Positions 54,058 to 62,045 of a DNA stretch of 64,000 nucleotides are shown one piece after another. The stretch covers positions 6,088 through 70,087 of the forward strand of contig JALHOG010000001.1 in the NCBI GenBank assembly GCA_022843125.1. The letters run 5' to 3'. The first letter of the stretch is position 1; each line of letters begins with the position of its first letter. A model generated the notes under the pieces. The model had not been told where the DNA came from, searched no databases, and was given only the letters and a program-made list of their open reading frames with translations. The translations under genes were made by a program, and so were the position numbers. Origin of the DNA: Ilumatobacteraceae bacterium. Its GTDB lineage: Bacteria; Actinomycetota; Acidimicrobiia; Acidimicrobiales; Ilumatobacteraceae.

Positions 54058-54136
54058 CGGAATGGGTCAGACCAACTCCGTCACAACTCCGTCACAGCCC
54101 GAGCCGTGACGGAGTTGGTCTGACCCATTCCGTCAC
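54054..54136. terminator. 31-bp perfect inverted repeat (83-nt hairpin element) between convergent genes; candidate bidirectional terminator or REP/MITE-like element
   Basis: The left arm 54054-54084 is gtgacggaatgggtcagaccaactccgtcac. It equals the reverse complement of the right arm 54106-54136, gtgacggagttggtctgacccattccgtcac. The loop is 21 nt. No U-tract follows. Confidence 0.6.
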
Positions 54137-54429
54137 GCAGTGGCGATGTGGGCGCGGACCGACGTAGCCGTCTCGTCCATCCAGCCCTTCTTCGTCGCGT
54201 AGGCGATCATCGTGTCGAAGTTGGTGGCGAACTCGGGGTCGCCCACCTGGGCCAGACCCGAGGTGCGCAGCCAGTCGATGTCGGCCCACACGTGACCGTC
54301 GTCGGCCTGGCGAACGAACTCGTCGTACTGGATCGTGTCGAGCTCGGTCTCGCATTCGGCGTGCAAACGGTCGAGCCGGTCGGCGTCGGTGAGGCGCGGC
54401 GGGGTGTCGGCTCGGAGCACGATGATCAT
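54133..54429 (-). CDS. hypothetical protein (98 aa)
   Basis: ORF track, ATG start (MIIVLRADTPPRL...). Codon bias is good. No family recognised. Confidence 0.5.
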   Translation of the reverse strand: MIIVLRADTPPRLTDADRLDRLHAECETELDTIQYDEFVRQADDGHVWADIDWLRTSGLAQVGDPEFATNFDTMIAYATKKGWMDETATSVRAHIATA

Positions 54430-54454
54430 GCGGCGTGTCCTATCACGCTGCGTG

Positions 54455-55360
54455 TCACGCTGTCCCGCCGAACAACGCCTCCATCACCTCGGCGACGATC
54501 TGGGAGCGCGGCGGCATCCCCGGCATCTGCTCGACCGGTTGCGGATCGACGCGATCGCCGATCGTGTGGAAGCGATCCATCGCGATCTCGACGAACTCGG
54601 GATTCGGGAAGACCCAGTACCTGCCGGCGCGCACCGCGTCGATCACATGATCGGCGACGGCGGCCGGCTGCATCCCCTCGTCGATCGCCCGCCCGACGTA
54701 CTTCCGGGCCACCTCGCCCGCCGGGTCGACCGCCGGGCGCTCGCCGAGTTCGTCGGGCCAGTTGCGCTCGGCGTCGAGGATGCTCGTGCGGATCCAACCG
54801 GGGCACAGGCAGCTGACGCCGATCGGCAGCCCTGCGGTGCGCAGCGTGCCGTACAGACCTTCGGTGATCGCGACGACGGCGTGCTTGCTGGCGTCGTACG
54901 CGGGGGAGAAGCCGGGGATCAATCCGGCCATCGACGCCGTGTTGACGATGTGGCCCTGACCCGCCGCAGCGAGGTGCGGCAGGAAGCTTCGAACCCCGTG
55001 GACGACGCCCCAGAAGTTGACGTTCATCACCCACTGCCACGACTCGATGCCGCCGAACCACGGGTCGCCGCCACCGGCGACGCCGGCGTTGTTGCACACC
55101 AGGTTGACGGTGCCGAACCGCTCGATCGTCGCGGCCGCGAGCGCGTCGACCTGTTCGACCTTGCTGACGTCGGTGCGCACCGCCAGCACGTCGACACCGT
55201 GGGCGTCGGCGATCGAACGGCTCGCCGCATCGAGTGCGTCGTCCTGGACGTCGGCGATCACGATCGAGCAGCCCTGCGCGGCGAAGGCGTTCGCCATCGC
55301 CAACCCGATGCCGCTGCCGCCACCGGTGACGACTGCAACCGTTCCGGTCCCCAGATCCAT
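54455..55360 (-). CDS. short-chain dehydrogenase/reductase (classical SDR)
   Basis: C-terminal 301 aa of ORF 54455..55906. Contains MDLGTGTVAVVTGGGSGIGLA (TGxxxGxG), NNAG, and S...YDASK (YxxxK). Confidence 0.9.
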   Translation of the reverse strand: MDLGTGTVAVVTGGGSGIGLAMANAFAAQGCSIVIADVQDDALDAASRSIADAHGVDVLAVRTDVSKVEQVDALAAATIERFGTVNLVCNNAGVAGGGDPWFGGIESWQWVMNVNFWGVVHGVRSFLPHLAAAGQGHIVNTASMAGLIPGFSPAYDASKHAVVAITEGLYGTLRTAGLPIGVSCLCPGWIRTSILDAERNWPDELGERPAVDPAGEVARKYVGRAIDEGMQPAAVADHVIDAVRAGRYWVFPNPEFVEIAMDRFHTIGDRVDPQPVEQMPGMPPRSQIVAEVMEALFGGTA

Positions 55361-55458
55361 GCCCGACCCCCTCGTTCGTCTCGGCGGCGAACCTAACGCG
55401 CACGGTGTCACCCGCCCGAGCTGCCGCCTGCCCCGAGCGGCGACGGTACCGTGCGGGC

Positions 55459-55743
55459 GTGCACGCCGCCGCGTACCAGGTCGACATCCGGATCCCCACT
55501 GCACAGTCCCTGAAGGACCGCCGCCAGGTCGTCCGGTCCATCCTCGCCGTCGCCCGGGAACGCTTCCACGTGTCGGCAGCCGAGGTGGGCGGACAGGACA
55601 CGTGGCAGCTCGCGTCGTTCGGTTTTGCCGTCGTTGCTTCTGAGGCCCGGCTGGTCGACGAGACGCTCGACGAGATCGAGCGCTACCTGTGGTCGCGCCC
55701 CGAGATCGAGGTGCTCGGCGGGGAGGTCCGCTGGGTCGAATGA
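55459..55743 (+). CDS. DUF503 (YlxP-like) family protein
   Basis: Part of ORF 55405..55743, starting at GTG 55459. VHAAAYQVDIRIPTAQSLKDRRQVVRSILAVARERF matches the DUF503 opening (SLKxKR). Confidence 0.7.
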   Translation: MHAAAYQVDIRIPTAQSLKDRRQVVRSILAVARERFHVSAAEVGGQDTWQLASFGFAVVASEARLVDETLDEIERYLWSRPEIEVLGGEVRWVE

Positions 55744-55791
55744 CGCTCGGAAACGGGTCCGATTCGTCTGGGCCGATCCTGTCGTCCCGCC

Positions 55792-55820
55792 TGTCAATTT
55801 TGCCGCGACCTCGATAGCGT
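55792..55820 (+). promoter_or_regulatory. candidate sigma-70-type promoter of the cold-shock gene
   Basis: TGTCAA (55792-55797), a 17-nt spacer, then TAGCGT (55815-55820, TANNNT type). It lies about 57 nt upstream of ATG 55878. Pattern match only. Confidence 0.3.
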
Positions 55821-55877
55821 TTCGGTGATGTCTCGTCCCACGGTGGGGCGGGGCGAGTTACAGAAAGCAGCAATTCA

Positions 55878-56078
55878 ATGGCCACCGGCACTGTGAAGTT
55901 CTTCAATGATCAGAAGGGCTTCGGTTTCATCAGCCGTGAGGACGGCCCCGACGTGTTCGTGCACTTCTCGAACATCGAGGGCACCGGCCGTCGCACCCTC
56001 CTCGATGGTCAGGCAGTCGAGTTCGAAATCGCACCGGGCCGTAAGGGTCCCGAGGCGACCAACGTTCGCGTCGTCTGA
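55878..56078 (+). CDS. cspA: cold-shock protein (CspA family)
   Basis: ORF track. [33 protein letters not shown] carries the RNP1 (KGFGFI) and RNP2 (VFVHF) motifs. Confidence 0.95.
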   Translation: MATGTVKFFNDQKGFGFISREDGPDVFVHFSNIEGTGRRTLLDGQAVEFEIAPGRKGPEATNVRVV

Positions 56079-56154
56079 TCGTCCCGAGACGGGCGCTCGG
56101 CGCCCACGGCGTGATGTCGGTGACTTCGTCGCCGGTCGCGCCACCACTCTGATT

Positions 56155-56181
56155 CGGCCGGCCCCTCGGGGCCGGCCGTTT
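56155..56181 (+). terminator. GC-rich hairpin plus short T-run downstream of csp, between convergent csp and ppc
   Basis: cggccggcccc (56155-56165) pairs with ggggccggccg (56168-56178), followed by ttt. Confidence 0.55.
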
Positions 56182-56189
56182 CGCGTCTG

Positions 56190-58955
56190 TCAGCCGGAGT
56201 TGCGCAGGCCGGTGGCGATCGTGTTGAGGGTCAGTTGGATGCCGCGCTCGATCCGCTCGTCGCGGTCGCCGGCGCGGTGGCGCTGCAGCAGTTCGACCTG
56301 CAAGACGTGGAGCGGGTCGAGGTACGGGAATCGGTTTCGTATGCTGCGCGAGAGCGCGGGGTTGGTGGCGAGCGGATCAGGCGACCCGGTGAGCCGGGCG
56401 TGCCACTCGCGGGCGAGCGCGTGCTCCGCCGAGATCATCGCGAGGATGTCGTCTCGCAACGACGCATCGGTGACCAGCGCTTCGGCGTACCGCCTGCCGA
56501 TCGCGAGGTCGGTCTTGGCCAGCACCATGCCCATGTTGTCGAGCGCGGTCCGCAGGAACGGCCAGTCGGCGTGCATGCGTTCGAGCAGTGCCGCTCGTTC
56601 CGGGGTGCTCGCGAATGATTCGAACGCCGATCCGACGCCGTACCACCCCGGCAGGTTGAGACGGCACTGGCTCCACCCGAACACCCACGGGATCGCGCGG
56701 AGATCCTCGATCCGGTCGCTCTGCTTGCGTGAGGCCGGCCGGCTGCCCACGTTGAGCGTCGCGATCTCGCCGATCGGCGTGATCTGGCGGAAGAACTCGA
56801 CGAATCCGGGATGGCCGACGAGGTCGCGATAGGCGCCGAGCGCGAGTGCTGCGAGTTCCTCCATCGCCTCGGTGTAGGCGTGGGCGTCGGCTCCCAGTCG
56901 CTCGCCGTCGAGGAAGCTCGCCTCGAGGGTGGCGGCAACCAGCGTCTCGAGATTGCGTCGTGCCGATGCCGGTTGCGCGTACTTCGCAGCGACCATCTCG
57001 CCCTGCTCGGTCAGGCGCAGCGCGCCGCGCACCGAGCCCGGCGGCTGGGCGAGGATCGCCTCGTACGCCGGGCCGCCGCCGCGGCCCACGGTGCCGCCGC
57101 GACCGTGGAACAGACGGATGCGCACACCGTGGCGTTCGGCCGTGGCCACCAACGCCTTCTGGGCCCGGTACAGCTGCCACTGCGCAGCGAGGTAGCCACC
57201 GTCCTTGTTGGAGTCGGAGTAGCCGATCATGACCTCCTGACGCTGGTCGCGCGAGGTGACGATCTGTGCGTAGCGCTCGTGCGTGAGGAGCGCGTCGAGC
57301 GTTGCCGAGGCCTGGTGCAGGTCGGTGATGGTCTCGAACAGCGGGACGATGTCGAGGGCGGAGGTGATCGTCCCGGCCGCGGCGTCGACTCGGACGAGGC
57401 CGACCTCTTTCAGGAGCACAGCGACCTCGAGCACGTCGCTGACCGATTCCGCTTTCGAGATCACGTAGTGGGGCACGGCTCGCTCGCCGAAGCGGGCGTG
57501 GGCGGACGCGGCCTCGCGCAGCACCGCGAGCTCGCTGGTCGTCAGCTCGTCGTAGTGGACGAACGGTGTGACGAGCGGACGTTGGCCGCCGAGCTCGGCC
57601 GTCAGGAGTTCGACGCGAGCGGCTTCGGGGAGCCCGATGTAGTCGTCGGCCACACCGGCGGCCCGGAACAGCGCGGCGATCACCTGATCGTGGACCTCGG
57701 AGTTCTGGCGCATGTCGAGCCCGCACAGGTGTGCCCCGAAGATCTCGATGCTGCGCCGAACCGGGTCGACGAGCGCGTCGGCGAGGGCACCGGCCCCGTG
57801 GGACTGCAGCGAGTCGATCACGATGTCGAGGTCCGCAGCGATCTCGGCTTCGCTCTCGTACGGCGGCAGGTCGGAGTGGGGCGGCGGCCCAGGCACCTGG
57901 TCGAGCACGAGCGACGCCATCGCCCACATCCGGGCGTGGATGCCGCGCATGGCGCGGCGGTACGGCTCGTCGCTGCGGAACGGTGAGTCGTCGTGCGCCG
58001 CGTCGGCGAGCGCCACCAGGCGGTCGGTCGGGCGGATCAGACGGTCCGACATCGACAGCTCGAGCGACAACCGGAAGATCGCACCGAGGTGATACTCGAA
58101 CGCCGCCTCGGCATGCGACTCCACGGCGAGCCGGAGCACGGGTGCGGTGACGAACGGGTTGCCGTCGCGATCGCCGCCGATCCAGGACCCCATCGACACG
58201 ACCTGCGGATTGCGGACGTCGTGGCCGAGGCGTTCGGCAGCGAGCCGTTCGAGGTCGCGGGTGAGCGTGGGGACGGTGGCGAAGATGCTCGACCGGTAGT
58301 AGCGCAGCGCTTCATTGATCTCGTCGCGGACTCGGAGCTTGGAGAGCCGCACCTCGGCGGTCTGCCAGAGCGCCAGCACCTCGAGTTGCAGCAGGTCGTC
58401 GATCTCGGCCAACTCGGTCGGGCTGCCCGCCGCGGGAGCGCGTCGTTGGAGGAGGCGGGCGACGTTGTCGACGTGATTCAGCACGGTCTTGCGGCGTACC
58501 TCGGTGGGGTGGGCCGTGATGACCGGCGAGACGACCACCGTGGCCAGTGCGGCGGCGATCGCCGTCGCGTCGACGCCTTTCGCGAGGAGATGGTCGAAGC
58601 TCGCGGTCAGGCTGCCCGTCTGCGAGCCGGTCCCGGCGTCGCGGTGGAACCGCCGACGCCGCTCCTGGTGCACGTCCTCGGCGGTGTTCGCGAGCAGTGA
58701 CAACCATCCGAACGCGCGGATCAGGTGCACCTGATGGTCGAGATCGCTGCCGCTGAGTTCGGCGGTGAGCGCCGGGACCGGATCGTTGCCGTCGCGGCGC
58801 TCGCTGACCGCGGTCTGGCGGACACGCTCGACAAGATCGAACGCTTCGGTTCCTGCGTGCGCGCGCAGTACGTCGCCGATCAGCCGACCGAGCAGTCTGA
58901 TGTCGTCACCGGCGTCGTAGGTGGGACGGTGGGCGTCGATGGCCGGGTCGCTCAT
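56190..58955 (-). CDS. ppc: phosphoenolpyruvate carboxylase
   Basis: ORF track, 921 aa. Contains VITAHPTEVRRKTV, GYSDSNKDGG, FHGRGGTVGRGGGP and the C-terminal LRNSG. Confidence 0.95.
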   Translation of the reverse strand: MSDPAIDAHRPTYDAGDDIRLLGRLIGDVLRAHAGTEAFDLVERVRQTAVSERRDGNDPVPALTAELSGSDLDHQVHLIRAFGWLSLLANTAEDVHQERRRRFHRDAGTGSQTGSLTASFDHLLAKGVDATAIAAALATVVVSPVITAHPTEVRRKTVLNHVDNVARLLQRRAPAAGSPTELAEIDDLLQLEVLALWQTAEVRLSKLRVRDEINEALRYYRSSIFATVPTLTRDLERLAAERLGHDVRNPQVVSMGSWIGGDRDGNPFVTAPVLRLAVESHAEAAFEYHLGAIFRLSLELSMSDRLIRPTDRLVALADAAHDDSPFRSDEPYRRAMRGIHARMWAMASLVLDQVPGPPPHSDLPPYESEAEIAADLDIVIDSLQSHGAGALADALVDPVRRSIEIFGAHLCGLDMRQNSEVHDQVIAALFRAAGVADDYIGLPEAARVELLTAELGGQRPLVTPFVHYDELTTSELAVLREAASAHARFGERAVPHYVISKAESVSDVLEVAVLLKEVGLVRVDAAAGTITSALDIVPLFETITDLHQASATLDALLTHERYAQIVTSRDQRQEVMIGYSDSNKDGGYLAAQWQLYRAQKALVATAERHGVRIRLFHGRGGTVGRGGGPAYEAILAQPPGSVRGALRLTEQGEMVAAKYAQPASARRNLETLVAATLEASFLDGERLGADAHAYTEAMEELAALALGAYRDLVGHPGFVEFFRQITPIGEIATLNVGSRPASRKQSDRIEDLRAIPWVFGWSQCRLNLPGWYGVGSAFESFASTPERAALLERMHADWPFLRTALDNMGMVLAKTDLAIGRRYAEALVTDASLRDDILAMISAEHALAREWHARLTGSPDPLATNPALSRSIRNRFPYLDPLHVLQVELLQRHRAGDRDERIERGIQLTLNTIATGLRNSG

Positions 58956-59092
58956 GGTCAGACAGTTTGCACGAGGGGCGATCGTCGCGCTTCCGGTTCA
59001 TGGTGCGTTCACGCGGAGTGGGCGGTTGGTTCGCGCACGGTCATGTCGAGGTTCATCGACGGAACCCGGCGGAGTGGGTACCGTACGAGCCG

Positions 59093-60319
59093 ATGGCTGG
59101 TCCGAAGGTGCTCGTGATGGTGTTGGCCGGTGGAGAGGGCAAGCGCCTGCTCCCGCTCACGAACGATCGGGCCAAGCCCGCCGTTCCATTCGGGGGTGCG
59201 TACCGCATCATCGACTTCGCGTTGTCGAACTTCGCCAACGCCAACATGTTGAAGATCGTCGTGCTCACCCAGTACAAGAGCCACAGCCTCGACCGTCACA
59301 TCAGCCAGACCTGGCGATTCTCGACGCTCCTCGGCAATTACGTCACGCCGGTGCCTGCGCAGATGCGACGTGGCCCGCAGTGGTTCCGTGGGTCGGCCGA
59401 CGCGATCTACCAGAACCTCAACCTCATCACCGACGAGCGCCCCGACATCGTCTGTGTCTTCGGGGCCGACCACATCTACCGCATGGATCCGCGCCAGATG
59501 GTCGACCACCACGTCGCTTCGGGGTCCGGGGTGACCGTGGCGGCGATCCCGGTCCCCAAGCACGAGGCGCACCAGTTCGGCGTGATCGAATCCGACGCCG
59601 ACGGTCGCATCATCGAGTTCCACGAGAAGTCGCTGAGCGCACCCACCATGCCGGGCGACGACACCCGCTGTCTTGCGAGCATGGGCAACTACGTGTTCGA
59701 CACCCAGACACTCGTCGACATCGTCACGCCCAACGAGAAGGAACCGCTCACCGACATGGGCGGTGACGTGATCCCGGCGCTCACTCGCCAAGGAGTCGCC
59801 CAGGTGTACGACTTCTCGTTGAACGAGGTGCCCGGCCAGGACGAGCGCGAGCGTGGTTACTGGCGCGACGTCGGCACCATCGACGCCTACTACGACGCCA
59901 ACATGGATCTCATCGCGCCGGTGCCGGTCTTCAACCTCTACAACGAGCAGTGGCCCGTCTACACCCACCGCCGCCCGCTCCCGCCGGCGAAGGTGTCGCG
60001 CGGGGTCGGTGGCGAACCCGCGTTCGTCGACGGATGCCTCCTCGGTCAGGGTTCGATCGTGTCGGGCGCCCACGTCGAGCGATCGATCATCAGCCCCGGC
60101 GCCTTCATCGATCACGACGCCCACGTGACCGACTCCATCATCATGGAGGGTGTCCACATCGGCGCCGGCGCTCGCCTGAAGCACTGCATCATCGACAAGA
60201 ACGTGATCGTGCCCGACTGGCACCGGATCGGTTTCGATCGGGAACGCGACGCCGAGCACCACACGCTCAGCGACAGTGGTGTCGTCGTCGTCGAGAAGGG
60301 CCGCGTGATCGGCGCGTAG
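59093..60319 (+). CDS. glgC: glucose-1-phosphate adenylyltransferase
   Basis: Part of ORF 58967..60319, starting at ATG 59093. Contains VLVMVLAGGEGKRLLPLTNDRAKPAVPFGGAYRIIDFALSN and QWFRGSADAIYQN. Confidence 0.95.
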   Translation: MAGPKVLVMVLAGGEGKRLLPLTNDRAKPAVPFGGAYRIIDFALSNFANANMLKIVVLTQYKSHSLDRHISQTWRFSTLLGNYVTPVPAQMRRGPQWFRGSADAIYQNLNLITDERPDIVCVFGADHIYRMDPRQMVDHHVASGSGVTVAAIPVPKHEAHQFGVIESDADGRIIEFHEKSLSAPTMPGDDTRCLASMGNYVFDTQTLVDIVTPNEKEPLTDMGGDVIPALTRQGVAQVYDFSLNEVPGQDERERGYWRDVGTIDAYYDANMDLIAPVPVFNLYNEQWPVYTHRRPLPPAKVSRGVGGEPAFVDGCLLGQGSIVSGAHVERSIISPGAFIDHDAHVTDSIIMEGVHIGAGARLKHCIIDKNVIVPDWHRIGFDRERDAEHHTLSDSGVVVVEKGRVIGA

Positions 60320-60363
60320 TCGCAGCTCCCGATACAACTCGATCGGGCATGTGGTGTGGTGTA

Positions 60364-60374
60364 TGGTCTGACCA
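60364..60374. promoter_or_regulatory. candidate FadR/GntR-type operator TGGTCTGACCA
   Basis: This is a perfect palindrome (TGGTC-T-GACCA) that matches the TGGT-N3-ACCA core of FadR-subfamily operators. It lies 38 nt upstream of the first gene of an operon encoding a FadR/GntR regulator, and overlaps a TATGGT -10-like hexamer (60362-60367). Confidence 0.4.
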
Positions 60375-60411
60375 TCAGTCCATCTCTCCGGACTCGTGGG
60401 AGGAACGCCGT

Positions 60412-60912
60412 ATGGGGATCAGCCGGATGAATCACGCCGTGCTGTACGTGCGCGACGCCCGCCGTCAGCAGCGGTTCTACGCCGAGGTGTTGGGGTTCTC
60501 CACGGTGATCGATCACCCGGACGGGGCGTTCGTGTTCATGCGAGGGCCCGACTCGGCCAACCATCACGACATCGCGTTCTTCACCATCGGGGCCGACGCC
60601 GCACCGAGCGAGGCGGGGCAACGAACCGTCGGGATGTACCACATCGCCTGGGAGGTCGGGACGCTCGACGAGCTGGTCGACGTGCGCGAGCGGCTCCGGG
60701 CCGCCGGTGCGCTCGTGGGCGCGAGTGACCACGGGGCCAACAAGAGCCTCTACGCGAAGGATCCCGACGGCCTCGAGTTCGAGGTCATGTGGCTGGTTCC
60801 GGCCGACCGGTGGGGAGACGAGGAGAACGAGGCGATCATCCGACCGCTCGATCTCGATGCCGAGCTGCTCGTCGACGCCCGCCTGAGCAGCGGCGGGGGA
60901 GCGGGCTCGTGA
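60412..60912 (+). CDS. VOC (glyoxalase/bleomycin-resistance/extradiol dioxygenase) family protein
   Basis: Part of ORF 59950..60912, starting at ATG 60412 with RBS GGGAGGA. Contains MNHAVLYVRDARRQQRFYAEVLGF...HIAWEV...LYAKDPDGLEFEV. Confidence 0.8.
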   Translation: MGISRMNHAVLYVRDARRQQRFYAEVLGFSTVIDHPDGAFVFMRGPDSANHHDIAFFTIGADAAPSEAGQRTVGMYHIAWEVGTLDELVDVRERLRAAGALVGASDHGANKSLYAKDPDGLEFEVMWLVPADRWGDEENEAIIRPLDLDAELLVDARLSSGGGAGS

Positions 60913-61634
60913 CCGTCGAGTTCGGCCCGGTCACCCGCCAGACTGTCGCCGAGCAGGTGCGTGCCCGCCTTGCCGAGCGGATCGCATCCGGTGAGCTGGC
61001 GCCCGGGTCGCCCGTGCCCGCCGAGCGGACCCTGAGCGAGCAGTTCGGAGTGGCGCGCACCTCGGTACGCGAAGCGCTCCAGGGCCTCGTGTCGAAGGGG
61101 CTCGTCGAGCGTCGCGGCAACCGCATGTACGTCGCCGAGTTGTTGCCCGGGGTCGCGTTCGCGACCCCCGACCAGACGGCGGCCGACTCGCGCAAGCAGT
61201 TCGTCGCCCAGCTGTTCGAGACCCGTCGCGTGCTCGAGCTGCCGATCTTCGAGCTCGCCGGTTGTCGCGCCTCGGCCGACGAGCGCGACTCGATCCGGCG
61301 CGCGGCGCAGGAGTTCTGGTTCGGCATGCCGCTCGAGGAGTTCCGGGTGCTCGACCGCCGGTTCCACACCATGATCGCCCACGCCTGCGGCAATCCGCTG
61401 CTGGTCGAGATGTACGGCAAGGTGCTCGACGCGCTGTTCCGGAGCTCGGAGTTCGAGTCGCTCCTGTTCCACGAGGCCAACCGCGAGCAGGTCGACGAGC
61501 TGATCGCCGGCTCGATCCGTGAGCACCAGGCCATCGCGAAGGCCTTCCACGACGGCACGTCGGTCGACGTGATGGCCGCCGCCGAGCAACACCTCGCCAA
61601 CGTCGAGCACCGCATGGTCGACGACCTCATCTGA
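60909..61634 (+). CDS. GntR family transcriptional regulator, FadR subfamily (FCD C-terminal domain)
   Basis: Part of ORF 60789..61634. Contains LPAERTLSEQFGVARTSVREALQGLVSKGLVERR (winged HTH). GTG 60909 overlaps the VOC stop as GTGA. Confidence 0.85.
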   Translation: MTVEFGPVTRQTVAEQVRARLAERIASGELAPGSPVPAERTLSEQFGVARTSVREALQGLVSKGLVERRGNRMYVAELLPGVAFATPDQTAADSRKQFVAQLFETRRVLELPIFELAGCRASADERDSIRRAAQEFWFGMPLEEFRVLDRRFHTMIAHACGNPLLVEMYGKVLDALFRSSEFESLLFHEANREQVDELIAGSIREHQAIAKAFHDGTSVDVMAAAEQHLANVEHRMVDDLI

Positions 61635-61661
61635 TCTGACACCACCCCACCAGAGGACACG

Positions 61662-62045
61662 ATGGATCCCAGCCACCCCTACTGCTACTTCCTCGAGGAC
61701 GACAAGTTCCTCGAGACCGACCGACCGGGTTTCCGGCGCCGGATCATCACCGGTGAGCACCTGCAGATGTGCTTCTGGCGGATCAAGGGTGGTGCCACCG
61801 GCAGCTATCTGCACCACCACGTCGAGAACGAGCAGCTCGGCATGATCATGCGCGGCAAGCTCGACTTCCGCATCGGCGACCCCGACAGCGACGAGCGGGT
61901 CGTGCTGAGCGCCGGGGAGGCCTACCTCGCGCCCAAGGCGGTGTGGCACGGCGACTCGGTCTTCGTCGGGGATGACGAGTACGACGAGTGCTGGATCCTC
62001 GACATCTTCTCCCCGCCCCGCGCCGACTTCGCGAAGGAGGGGTGA
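61662..62045 (+). CDS. cupin domain protein
   Basis: ORF track. Contains GSYLHHHVENEQLGMIMRGKLDF...GEAYLAPKAVWHG, a two-motif cupin pattern. RBS AGAGGA. Confidence 0.7.
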   Translation: MDPSHPYCYFLEDDKFLETDRPGFRRRIITGEHLQMCFWRIKGGATGSYLHHHVENEQLGMIMRGKLDFRIGDPDSDERVVLSAGEAYLAPKAVWHGDSVFVGDDEYDECWILDIFSPPRADFAKEG

